The translations under genes were made by a program, and so were the position numbers. From contig CALLAU010000003.1 of assembly GCA_938002015.1 (NCBI GenBank), positions 4,084 through 68,083 of the forward strand: a stretch of 64,000 nucleotides of DNA, written 5' to 3'. Positions 9,704 through 17,246 of the stretch are shown piece after piece. The notes beneath the pieces are model-generated. The model was given only the letters and a program-made list of their open reading frames with translations, did not search any database and was not told the DNA's origin. Source of the DNA: an uncultured Bdellovibrionales bacterium. Lineage in GTDB: Bacteria > Bdellovibrionota > Bdellovibrionia > Bdellovibrionales > UBA1609. The first letter of the stretch is position 1, and every line of letters starts with the position of its first letter.

Positions 9704-10056
9704 GGGGGCGCATTTGGTTTCGACGTGGGTGTTGAAGCTTAAGGAGCATGCCGGGGAGCATGAGGACCTCGTAAAAACATGCATTATAGTAATCGGCAAC
9801 GATTCAAACTTTGCTTTAGCTGCCTAGTCAGTTTAGCCGTGAACTCTTTCTGTGGTTTCGAGAGAGAAGTTCATGTCACTTAAGAGACCTCGACTCTAAA
9901 TTGCGCCTCATGGTTTAGAGTTTAAATAAAGTGAAGCAGGAATACAAAAAGGTTGTCTGTGGTCGCTTTGTATTTGTCATAAATCACTGACTAAGCATGT
10001 AGCGCCTTAATGTGAATCGCTTGCGGACGGGGGTTCAACTCCCCCCGCCTCCACCA
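9704..10056 (+). ncRNA. ssrA: tmRNA (transfer-messenger RNA), one-piece
   Basis: The 5' GGGGGCG pairs with the 3' CGCCTCC-ACCA, including the G3:U alanine-identity pair. T-arm GGGGGTTCAACTCCCCC. Internal tag ORF 9795-9827 = GNDSNFALAA*. The 5' 'TTTCGACG' region is typical of tmRNA. Confidence 0.92.
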
Positions 10057-10059
10057 TTA
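10049..10059 (+). repeat. att core copy 1 (attL) inside the 3' end of ssrA
   Basis: CTCCACCATTA. The same 10-11 nt recur at 16429-16438 and 17236-17246. Confidence 0.6.
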
Positions 10060-10243
10060 AAGCAAAAGAATAGCAGTTTTCTGCTAAATAATAAAAATCA
10101 AATAAAAACAATAAGTTAAGAAGAGCTCATAACAGCTTCTAAGTTAACCATTTCCCATAAATTCCTATTAAATCACGGTAGTTGCAAAAATTGTCTTTAC
10201 GGCTGTCTTTACAGCTTTAAATTTTGATTAGTAATTTATGGCT

Positions 10244-10276
10244 CCTCAATAAGAGAAAACTCATCTCTATTTGAGG
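10244..10276 (+). promoter_or_regulatory. Imperfect inverted repeat upstream of the island XRE gene
   Basis: CCTCAATAAGAGA (10244-10256) / TCTCTATTTGAGG (10264-10276). 11 of 13 positions are complementary and the loop is 7 nt. It overlaps a GAGGA that could be the RBS. Confidence 0.3.
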
Positions 10277-10316
10277 ATAGTTGTCATCGAACAAGTTTCT
10301 TTTCCCGAAAGGATTA

Positions 10317-10610
10317 ATGGAAATGAAACTAGATAAAACCATCTCAAAACTTTGTAAGACTGAAGGATTAACTTTATCTGCTTTAGCTAAAAAAGCTAAG
10401 GTTCCTACACAAACACTTCATGCATGGACAACTGGGCGAACATCAATTAACCCCGATCAAGTCAAAGCCGTAGCAAATATTTTAAAAGTCTCAACCCATC
10501 GTCTTCTATTTGATGAACCCGACCCTTACGCCCATCAAGCTGAAGAAGTTCTTGAAGAAATTTTCAAAGGAGACGTTAGAGTGACTTTAGAAAGAATAAA
10601 GAGGAGATAG
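10317..10610 (+). CDS. XRE-family helix-turn-helix regulator (island-encoded)
   Basis: HTH 'LTLSALAKKAKVPTQTLHAWTTGRTSINPDQVKAVANILKVSTHRLLF'. The start is uncertain (TTG 10281, ATG 10317 or 10323). Confidence 0.7.
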   Translation: MEMKLDKTISKLCKTEGLTLSALAKKAKVPTQTLHAWTTGRTSINPDQVKAVANILKVSTHRLLFDEPDPYAHQAEEVLEEIFKGDVRVTLERIKRR

Positions 10611-10614
10611 CTTA

Positions 10615-11031
10615 GTGATATTTTTATTCTCTGTACTGTTTATCAATTTATTCCCCAGACATGCTTTACCTTCGACAGTAATAGAAAAATTATATGATTT
10701 GCCAAAAAATCACTGTATTGAGATTAAACATCTACGTTGGTCTATAGTGCAAAAAGTTTCAGATCATGAATACTTTGCTCAGGGAGATGGAACAGCATCT
10801 TTAGGTTACGCAATAATTAAAACAAAAAAAGCCATTTACAGTGGTACCGGCATTCCTCTTGGAATATCAGTTAGAAAAGTAGGATCAACACTTGTTACTT
10901 TAAGCAACGGCTTTACTAAAAATGCTTCAATATGGAAAGAATGCAACTATGATGTTAACGCCGAGTGTGCAATTACGCCTTATGGCAGAATTGTAAAACC
11001 GAATCGAACCACACAAAAACCATGCAATTAG
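10615..11031 (+). CDS. Hypothetical small secreted protein
   Basis: 138-aa ORF starting 5 nt after the XRE stop, with a hydrophobic N-terminus (IFLFSVLFINLF). No recognisable family. Confidence 0.4.
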   Translation: MIFLFSVLFINLFPRHALPSTVIEKLYDLPKNHCIEIKHLRWSIVQKVSDHEYFAQGDGTASLGYAIIKTKKAIYSGTGIPLGISVRKVGSTLVTLSNGFTKNASIWKECNYDVNAECAITPYGRIVKPNRTTQKPCN

Positions 11032-11047
11032 TCTTTGAGGTTAATAA

Positions 11048-11605
11048 GTGAAAATTTTTTTTATAAGTTTCTTAGTAATATTACGGTATTTTATAATTGG
11101 AATATTAATCATATCTGTTTTTCTTTACATGCTAGGCTGGAATGAAACAACCAGAAAGGCACCTAAACATGAAATAAAGCTTGATAGTGAGTGGTCAACT
11201 TACAACCGAATAGATAAAATACGTAATAATTCATATCAAATTTATTCAATAAAAAGTCTCAACTCTTTTGAGCTTAAATTCCCCTACGATGGCTTGCAAT
11301 ATGCATCTATTGATTTGGTAAAATATCAAGGTGAATGGACATCCGCAGCTTTTATGATTGAAAGAGGAATTTTTGCTTGCAAATATGATTTTACTAAGGA
11401 CAACCCTTGTATATTTAAAGTTAAGTTCGGTAACTCGTCGGTTAAGAATTTTGTAATGCAAAATTCACCTGATAATACAGATCAAATCAAGATTTTTAAA
11501 AACTCTAAAAAATTTATAGACGAGCTTCTGAAAGTTAATGGAGTTATTATTAACGAAGCCGGCGTACATCAATTCGAATTCAAGTGGCAAAATATGCCAA
11601 ATTAA
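11048..11605 (+). CDS. Hypothetical membrane-anchored protein
   Basis: 185-aa ORF starting 17 nt after the previous stop, with an N-terminal TM helix (FFISFLVILRYFIIGILIISVFLYML). No recognisable family. Confidence 0.4.
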   Translation: MKIFFISFLVILRYFIIGILIISVFLYMLGWNETTRKAPKHEIKLDSEWSTYNRIDKIRNNSYQIYSIKSLNSFELKFPYDGLQYASIDLVKYQGEWTSAAFMIERGIFACKYDFTKDNPCIFKVKFGNSSVKNFVMQNSPDNTDQIKIFKNSKKFIDELLKVNGVIINEAGVHQFEFKWQNMPN

Positions 11606-11625
11606 GCTTAGGTTTTTACACAAAG

Positions 11626-12540
11626 CTATCTCTCAAATTGTCTAACTTGATTAACCAGCAATGGACCTATTTGCTGTGTTACACAGCCTTGTTTAAAATT
11701 CTTGAATTTTTCGACCAATTCCTTCAGTTCTTCAGACTCAATACTAGATATAACATACTGTTCAGCTGCTTTAATAACTAGCTGATTTAGTTTTTTTACT
11801 AAAGAAACTGTACATTCTTCAGAAGAGTCTTCTGAACCATTAAAAGAAGCTGAACCTGTAGCGACTAACAGCCCTAATTGAGGTGTTAAAGGGAAATATA
11901 TAATACAATTATGCCCAACCCCTTCATTTATATAACACACAGGGTTGTCAGAAGTTACAAAAGGAGTATCCGAGTTATTCTGCAAAAATACAAATTTTGA
12001 TTGCGAGAACCTCTCTATAGTTTTAGGCAAACCTTTTAAAGCTATCAATTCAACCCAGTCAGTTTCAGTAATCAAAGCCTTTAAATCGACACCTTCAAGC
12101 TCTTTAGGTCGAGGCGGAAACGCACCTTGCTTCTCAAGTATTTTAGCTGTTAAGTCAATTAAGGACTCTGTAGCTAACTTTCTTTGCTGTTTATTAGAAG
12201 GAGTAGCTTGAATAAGAACAGCCAAATATTCAGATATTATTTTTTTCATTTCTAAGTACGCTGCTCGCCTTCTTGTACCCTCTAAGAAAGCTTTTAAGTT
12301 TTCTGTCATTTGAAACCAGTTATTCTCAATAGGAACAAGAACCTCCTCAATTAACCTAGGATTTGACTCAATGAGTTTGTTTGTTGAGCCATTTCGGATA
12401 AAGCAAATCTCACCTCTTCCTTTTAAACGACAACTTAAACTTTGCTTATCATACACCCAGAGTTTTTTCTCTCCTGAAGGTAAGAAAGGCTTCATATATA
12501 CTTTAGAAAGAAAATGATCGTTTGGCTTCTTTTTACCCAT
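11626..12540 (-). CDS. DUF4238-family protein (family reported as a single-gene anti-phage system)
   Basis: N-terminal 'DHFLSKVYMKPF' (the H-x-[LV]-P/S-x-x-Y-[LM]-x-x-F opening of DUF4238) and central 'PFVTSDNPV' signature. Recognition is by motif only. Confidence 0.6.
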   Translation of the reverse strand: MGKKKPNDHFLSKVYMKPFLPSGEKKLWVYDKQSLSCRLKGRGEICFIRNGSTNKLIESNPRLIEEVLVPIENNWFQMTENLKAFLEGTRRRAAYLEMKKIISEYLAVLIQATPSNKQQRKLATESLIDLTAKILEKQGAFPPRPKELEGVDLKALITETDWVELIALKGLPKTIERFSQSKFVFLQNNSDTPFVTSDNPVCYINEGVGHNCIIYFPLTPQLGLLVATGSASFNGSEDSSEECTVSLVKKLNQLVIKAAEQYVISSIESEELKELVEKFKNFKQGCVTQQIGPLLVNQVRQFER

Positions 12541-12622
12541 CGAAGTAATTAATAAAGTAAATATTAAAAAAGTTCAAATAGAAGCACTTTTCATATTATC
12601 TAAAGTAGATAAAAATAGATTC

Positions 12623-12862
12623 ATGGGCAAACCAATAGGATATCCAAAAACAGGTGGTCGCAAGGCCGGCACTCCAAATAAGAAATCTAGGCATTTGATC
12701 CAGTTACTAGAGGAACTCAATATTAACTTAATTGAACAAATAATACTCGAAATACCGAATTTAAAACCTGAAGAGAAAGTAAGAACCTGCCTTCAATTAA
12801 TGCCCTTTGTTTATCCAAAGAAGAAACCTGAAGAGTTTGATTCATTAGATCCACTCTTTTGA
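12623..12862 (+). CDS. Small phage-type basic protein (GGRK-GTPNK motif)
   Basis: 'KTGGRKAGTPNKKS...LLEELNINLIEQ...LMPFVYPKKK' resembles small N-terminally basic proteins common in phages and integrative elements. Its 3' end overlaps the convergent ORF 12811-13683 by 52 nt. Confidence 0.4.
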   Translation: MGKPIGYPKTGGRKAGTPNKKSRHLIQLLEELNINLIEQIILEIPNLKPEEKVRTCLQLMPFVYPKKKPEEFDSLDPLF

Positions 12863-13683
12863 TTATATATTTTGCTAATCACAAAACTTCCTATTTCTTC
12901 TCCAGATTCTATCATCCTATGGAACTCATCAATTGCCTCAGAAAAAGTAATTCTACCAATGCCATCTTGATGCTTTTCATAAATCTCTACAAGACTATTA
13001 AAGTGCTTCTCAGCTTGTGCCTTTATGCTTGAGATATAGCCTTGCTCCCATCTAGCGTTTTCTTCATGAGTAGGAACAGGGAAATTGAAGTCTTCAAATT
13101 TAATTTTTGGACCTATTGCACTGTCTACAAAATGATTATCATAGGAAATTTGCAGCTTTCCACCTGGACGAATAAGCTCTCCAATTTTATTTCGAATTTG
13201 TCTATTTCCAGTTCCTTTGCTGCCTTTATAAAACATTAAATAAGCATACAAATAAAATGCTAATCCACCAAAGAAAGGCCTCCCTCTTCTCTTTCCTTTA
13301 AAGGGATCATAAGGCTCATCATCAATATACTCTACTAATAGATTGTCTTCTACAGTATTGAGAACCTGAGGTAAATGGCTTATCCAATCATCAACTTTAA
13401 GACCCTCATTTAATGTTTCAAATTTGATTTCATCTAATATGCTTCCAGCTTCAAAAGCTTTTAATTTACTAGATAAGCTAATGAGAGAATTATGTAGATC
13501 GTCTACTCTTCTTGCATCTACCTGAGTTGCCGCCTCCGCATAAGCTCCCGTTTCCTCAATAAGCATAACGCTAAGTAAAGAGCTTTCAATATTAACGACT
13601 CTTTTTTCAACTTCAATTTGCGCATAAATAACAGATTTTTCTTTTTTTTCTTTCTGCTTTTTTTCTTTTTCTATATCGAGCAC
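12811..13683 (-). CDS. Hypothetical protein, no recognisable family (290 aa)
   Basis: Long ORF with a GTG start preceded by GGAGAG. Lys/Glu-rich N-terminus and a basic patch 'KGKRRGRPFFGG'. No motif I can assign. Confidence 0.5.
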   Translation of the reverse strand: MLDIEKEKKQKEKKEKSVIYAQIEVEKRVVNIESSLLSVMLIEETGAYAEAATQVDARRVDDLHNSLISLSSKLKAFEAGSILDEIKFETLNEGLKVDDWISHLPQVLNTVEDNLLVEYIDDEPYDPFKGKRRGRPFFGGLAFYLYAYLMFYKGSKGTGNRQIRNKIGELIRPGGKLQISYDNHFVDSAIGPKIKFEDFNFPVPTHEENARWEQGYISSIKAQAEKHFNSLVEIYEKHQDGIGRITFSEAIDEFHRMIESGEEIGSFVISKIYNQKSGSNESNSSGFFFG

Positions 13684-13794
13684 AGTCTCTCCTATATTTC
13701 TTTACCAGTGCTCGAAGGAAAAAGATTTGGTCACATTAAGTTTCCCACAATCTCACAGACACTAATAGAGGAATCAAATTAAATCGTTACTTAA

Positions 13795-13812
13795 CTAATT
13801 ATTAATAATTAG
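13795..13812. promoter_or_regulatory. Perfect 18-bp palindrome in a divergent promoter region
   Basis: CTAATTATTAATAATTAG is its own reverse complement. It lies between the divergent ORFs 12811-13683(-) and 13846-14559(+). Confidence 0.35.
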
Positions 13813-13845
13813 AAGAGTACTGCTTTATTTAAAAGGAGTTATTTA

Positions 13846-14559
13846 ATGCCTAGTAATTTTAGTAATAAAGATAATTTTCATGAAAAATATTTATGTAATA
13901 CATATTATGAAAATAGCCAAATATCAGAAAAAAAGAAAGAATCTAAATTGAGAATTGATTTTATATATTCGACTTATCCAAGATTATTTAACTCAAGAAG
14001 GGCTAAAGTTCCTAAATTAATTCAGCCAAGCTTTAAAACATTAAAGTCAAAGTATTTTGAACTCACTAATAAGCTGAACTCAGCTAACCCAGAAGCTATG
14101 AGGACACGTGCAGAAAGTCGTTTTAAAACCAAGCTGAGACTTCATTCAAAAAAACAACTAAAACAGAGTATTTGGATTGGTTCACACTGCATAGATTTAT
14201 TTATTCCAAATATTAGGTCTCATCATAAATATCCAAAGAAAGTAATGCGAGGTCTTGCTATTGAAATCGATGGGGATTGTCATAAATATGAGCAAAAAGG
14301 AATTAAAGATGAAAGAAAAGGGGCTGAGCTTTTAGATTTAGGTATCGGAACAATTCATATACCTAACTGGGAATTCAATGAAACGACTATAAAAGACATA
14401 TTAAAATCAATATCAAACTTTGAACCATTAGATAGTCGAGAAAGAATAAGGCTTTGGACACGCATTTTTACTTATACATTAGCGACACACCTCACACATA
14501 AGGAATTTTTTCAAATTTTTAAGGTTAAACCTGATCTTATTGGAGATAAAAATGAGTGA
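13846..14559 (+). CDS. DUF559 / Vsr-like (PD-(D/E)xK) endonuclease-domain protein with Lys-rich N-terminal extension
   Basis: 'HCIDLFIP...GLAIEIDGDCH...DERKGAELLDLGIGTIHIPNWEF' matches the DUF559 pattern (D-F/L...IE-x-DG-x-x-H...D-x-x-R/K...L-x-x-x-G). Strong RBS AAGGAG. The 3' end overlaps the excisionase-like gene. Confidence 0.6.
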   Translation: MPSNFSNKDNFHEKYLCNTYYENSQISEKKKESKLRIDFIYSTYPRLFNSRRAKVPKLIQPSFKTLKSKYFELTNKLNSANPEAMRTRAESRFKTKLRLHSKKQLKQSIWIGSHCIDLFIPNIRSHHKYPKKVMRGLAIEIDGDCHKYEQKGIKDERKGAELLDLGIGTIHIPNWEFNETTIKDILKSISNFEPLDSRERIRLWTRIFTYTLATHLTHKEFFQIFKVKPDLIGDKNE

Positions 14560-14770
14560 TGATAAAAATAAAATGCTCGATGCTTGTTCTTTGACAACTG
14601 AATTGAAATGGTTAACTCACCAAGAGGCGGCTGACTACCTTAGAATAAGTAAAAAAGCTTTATATAACCTGTGCTCTCAAGGCAAGATAGAGCCCCATAA
14701 ACTTCTTTCAGATCGTAGAAACCGTTATCTAGTCTCAGAGCTTAATGAGCTCTTCTTTAAGAAATATTAA
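14552..14770 (+). CDS. Excisionase/AlpA-like helix-turn-helix protein (HTH_17 type)
   Basis: 'LTHQEAADYLRISKKALYNLCSQGKIEPHKL'. GGAGA RBS 5 nt before ATG 14552. It sits immediately upstream of the integrase. Confidence 0.7.
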   Translation: MSDDKNKMLDACSLTTELKWLTHQEAADYLRISKKALYNLCSQGKIEPHKLLSDRRNRYLVSELNELFFKKY

Positions 14771-14781
14771 AGGAGAAAGAA

Positions 14782-15897
14782 ATGGGAATAAAATTTCTTA
14801 AAGAGAAAAAAATTTACAGGGTGAGTTACTCAAAAAGAAACCCTAAAACAAGTAAATCTGTTAATAGAATGAGAACTCATTTTAAAAATCAAACAGGACT
14901 AAAAAAAGAGATCAGTACTTTAGCTGAGGCGAAGAGAGTTTATAATAAGTTAGTAATTGAAGTTGAAGAGGCAATCATTAGACAAGACATTCCTAACTGG
15001 AAACAACTGTTAGAAGAATTTGCACCCTATTATTTAAAAACTGGCGTTGAAACAAAAACAGTTGATACTTACATGAGTTGTCTGAATAAACATACGCAGT
15101 GCTGGTATAAAATCGGTGTGGAAAAGATTAATGACTCTATGATTAGAAATTTAATAAATGGACTAAGCTCTAAAAGCAAAAGTCATCAAAAAAACATGCT
15201 CAAATTCATCAGAAGAGTTTTTCAATTTGCTTTAGAAAAAAATTACATCAGTCGTAATCCGACACCAAATATGAAGTTTAAGTTTGGCAGTAAAAACTCT
15301 AAAGTTCTTTCTAGGACAGAGGCTAGTAAACTGTTAACTTTTGCCAAAATAAATAATTCCTCTTGGTACTATCATTGGTTAATGGCTTTATATACAGGAA
15401 TGAGGAATGGTGAACTTTTTGCTTTAAGATGGAAAGATATAAGTTTTGAAGAAAAACAGATTAAAATCCAACAATCTTGGAATAATAAGGACGGCTTTAA
15501 ATCTACCAAATCTGGTGACGAGAGAATAGTTCCTTTAGCATCTGAACTGATACAGGACTTAAAAGAACTTAGACTTACCAGCAAAGACAATGAGTTTGTA
15601 TTACCAAGGCTAAACAAGTGGATAAAAGGCGAGCAAGCTAGAGAACTTAGAAAGTTTCTAGTGGGAGTTGGCCTTCCAGAGATTCGTTTTCATGATTTAA
15701 GAGCAACTTGGGCCACATTACTTCTTTCTGAAGATGTACCACCAGTTAAAGTTATGGCAATGGGTGGATGGAAAGATATTAAAACTATGATGATCTACAT
15801 TCGCAAAGCCGGTATTGATTTACGTGATGCAACTTCTTGTCTTCAATTAGTTGATAAAGCAACTAATACTAAAGTCTTGAATCTGATAACACGTTAA
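14782..15897 (+). CDS. int: Tyrosine-type site-specific integrase
   Basis: Catalytic-domain motifs 'ALYTGMRNGELFALRWKDI' (Arg), 'RFHDLRATWATLLL' (H-x-x-R) and 'GGWKDIKTMMIYIRK' (Tyr). N-terminal SAM-like core-binding region. Confidence 0.88.
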   Translation: MGIKFLKEKKIYRVSYSKRNPKTSKSVNRMRTHFKNQTGLKKEISTLAEAKRVYNKLVIEVEEAIIRQDIPNWKQLLEEFAPYYLKTGVETKTVDTYMSCLNKHTQCWYKIGVEKINDSMIRNLINGLSSKSKSHQKNMLKFIRRVFQFALEKNYISRNPTPNMKFKFGSKNSKVLSRTEASKLLTFAKINNSSWYYHWLMALYTGMRNGELFALRWKDISFEEKQIKIQQSWNNKDGFKSTKSGDERIVPLASELIQDLKELRLTSKDNEFVLPRLNKWIKGEQARELRKFLVGVGLPEIRFHDLRATWATLLLSEDVPPVKVMAMGGWKDIKTMMIYIRKAGIDLRDATSCLQLVDKATNTKVLNLITR

Positions 15898-15928
15898 CAG
15901 ACTGAGCTCTTCGTGTTCAAATACTTAC

Positions 15929-16366
15929 ATGGCAGAGAAAAAGTTCGATAAATGTGACTGTTTTTCCAGTTTAGTTGGCAATCTCGGTAAGTTTTTACTT
16001 GGCTTGGCCGCTGTAATTGGAGCTTGTAAATCGACTCAAATCGCTCAGATCATTTACAACAATCAAACACAGTCACAAAATCAAAGCTGTAGCTTTCACA
16101 TCTCCCCCAATACTTACAAAGAAATTGGTAAGGTTGCTCAAAAACTTACTGAGGTAGAAGATCAAGATGCTAATCCAATCATAATTGAATATTTTCATGA
16201 AAGTGGAGATGATAAAGCTTTAAATATCTCACCCGCTTTCAAAGCTAACCTTTTAAAAGACCTAAAAGCAGCGAAAACAGCAGATTCAAAGGCGGATGTA
16301 CTAGAAGCTTACTACCTCAAAACAAAAATCAGAGATGATAAAATTAAAAAAGCAATTGGTCCGTAA
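15929..16366 (+). CDS. Hypothetical membrane-anchored protein (145 aa)
   Basis: ORF 32 nt after int with one hydrophobic helix (LGKFLLGLAAVIGA), followed by an 8-bp hairpin AGAATAGT/ACTATTCT (16381-16404). No family recognised. Confidence 0.4.
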   Translation: MAEKKFDKCDCFSSLVGNLGKFLLGLAAVIGACKSTQIAQIIYNNQTQSQNQSCSFHISPNTYKEIGKVAQKLTEVEDQDANPIIIEYFHESGDDKALNISPAFKANLLKDLKAAKTADSKADVLEAYYLKTKIRDDKIKKAIGP

Positions 16367-16428
16367 CCAATTGTCTTTATAGAATAGTGAAGTTCAACTA
16401 TTCTATATATTTAGGAAGACATCTTTGT

Positions 16429-16438
16429 CTCCACCATT
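16429..16438 (+). repeat. att core copy 2
   Basis: CTCCACCATT, identical to ssrA 10049-10058. Confidence 0.5.
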
Positions 16439-17245
16439 TAACAAGTTTGAGAACCTTAAATTTGACTGATTAAAGTCTAGAAGTAATAAATATGGATGAA
16501 AACACATTATACTATTTTTTTTCAACGATTGCCCAGTGCTTATCTGCCCTAGTTTCACTACTTGGGGTTTTTGTAGTTTTTAAGCTTCAAGACCTAAACA
16601 GTAGATTAGAGTCTAGAGCTGAAAAAATTTCCAACGCCTTTGTTAAGAAAAATTGGAAGTTTTTAATAAGAGCTGAAGGTGCTGAAAATAGAGTTGAAAA
16701 TCACATAGATGATGTTTCTCGCTGCAAAGAATTATGGGGAATTTTTTCTGATGCGTTAACTGGAAATATTAATAAGTATGAAGGTTTTTTTTACGGTCAG
16801 TTTAACCCTCAACGCAATAGTGGTGAGAGAGAGCGAACCGTAAGGAGTCAAATTCAAAAATTCTTAGGCTGGAAAGCTGAGTTTGATGCTTTATTCAAAG
16901 ATTTCAATAACAAGCCTAAAATTATTAAATCCTTGAAATTTGAAAGCGCCTTCGGATTAAGTCTTATCACATTATGTTTTGTCGCCTTACTTATTCCCGA
17001 GATGTGTCTATCAATTAATATTCTATGGTCAATTGTATTAATTTTTTTCGTCGTCACATCTATTTACATATGTCTGGTATACAGCTTAATTAAGAAGTGT
17101 TTTGAATATAAATAACTTTGGAAAGTTCATTTTCAATATTCAGTTTTTTATGACTTTTACAACAATCAGTGCACAACAATCAGCCTATAATTAAATATAT
17201 AGGGACTTGAATAGGTTCGACATCGAACAGCTCTGCTCCACCATT
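16439..17245. mobile_element. att-flanked ~0.8 kb mini-cassette (remnant or second tandem element)
   Basis: Flanked by att copies 2 and 3. It contains a single ORF and no recombinase. Confidence 0.45.
16492..17115 (+). CDS. Hypothetical 3-TM membrane protein (207 aa)
   Basis: N-terminal TM (YYFFSTIAQCLSALVSLLGVFVVF), a ~110-aa soluble middle and two C-terminal TM helices. No family recognised. Confidence 0.45.
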   Translation: MDENTLYYFFSTIAQCLSALVSLLGVFVVFKLQDLNSRLESRAEKISNAFVKKNWKFLIRAEGAENRVENHIDDVSRCKELWGIFSDALTGNINKYEGFFYGQFNPQRNSGERERTVRSQIQKFLGWKAEFDALFKDFNNKPKIIKSLKFESAFGLSLITLCFVALLIPEMCLSINILWSIVLIFFVVTSIYICLVYSLIKKCFEYK

Positions 17246-17246
17246 A
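17236..17246 (+). repeat. att core copy 3 (distal attR)
   Basis: CTCCACCATTA, identical to ssrA 10049-10059. It is followed by a short hairpin and ~150 nt collinear with the sequence following copy 1. Confidence 0.55.

Larger units (their letters stand above)
10057..16438. mobile_element. Integrative genomic island in ssrA (XRE, DUF4238, DUF559, excisionase-like, tyrosine integrase)
   Basis: Bounded by direct copies of the tmRNA 3' end. The xis-like and int genes read toward the right-hand copy. The cargo is orphan and defence-type genes. Confidence 0.7.

Noticed and set aside
10071-10086. Hairpin TAGCAG-TTTT-CTGCTA right after ssrA, considered as an intrinsic terminator
   Set aside because: The stem is only 6 bp and no U-run follows on the plus strand. 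tmRNA 3' ends are made by processing. I kept it only as a landmark shared with the region after att copy 3.
11584-12211. Plus-strand ORFs 11584-11781 and 11945-12211
   Set aside because: Both are antisense within the DUF4238 gene, which carries recognisable family motifs. They are shadow ORFs.
17161-17243. GGTTCGA...CTCCACCA just left of att copy 3, considered as a tRNA or tRNA fragment
   Set aside because: No 5' acceptor strand complementary to the 3' end and no D or anticodon arms can be drawn. At most it is a diverged relic of a tmRNA 3' segment carried by an element.
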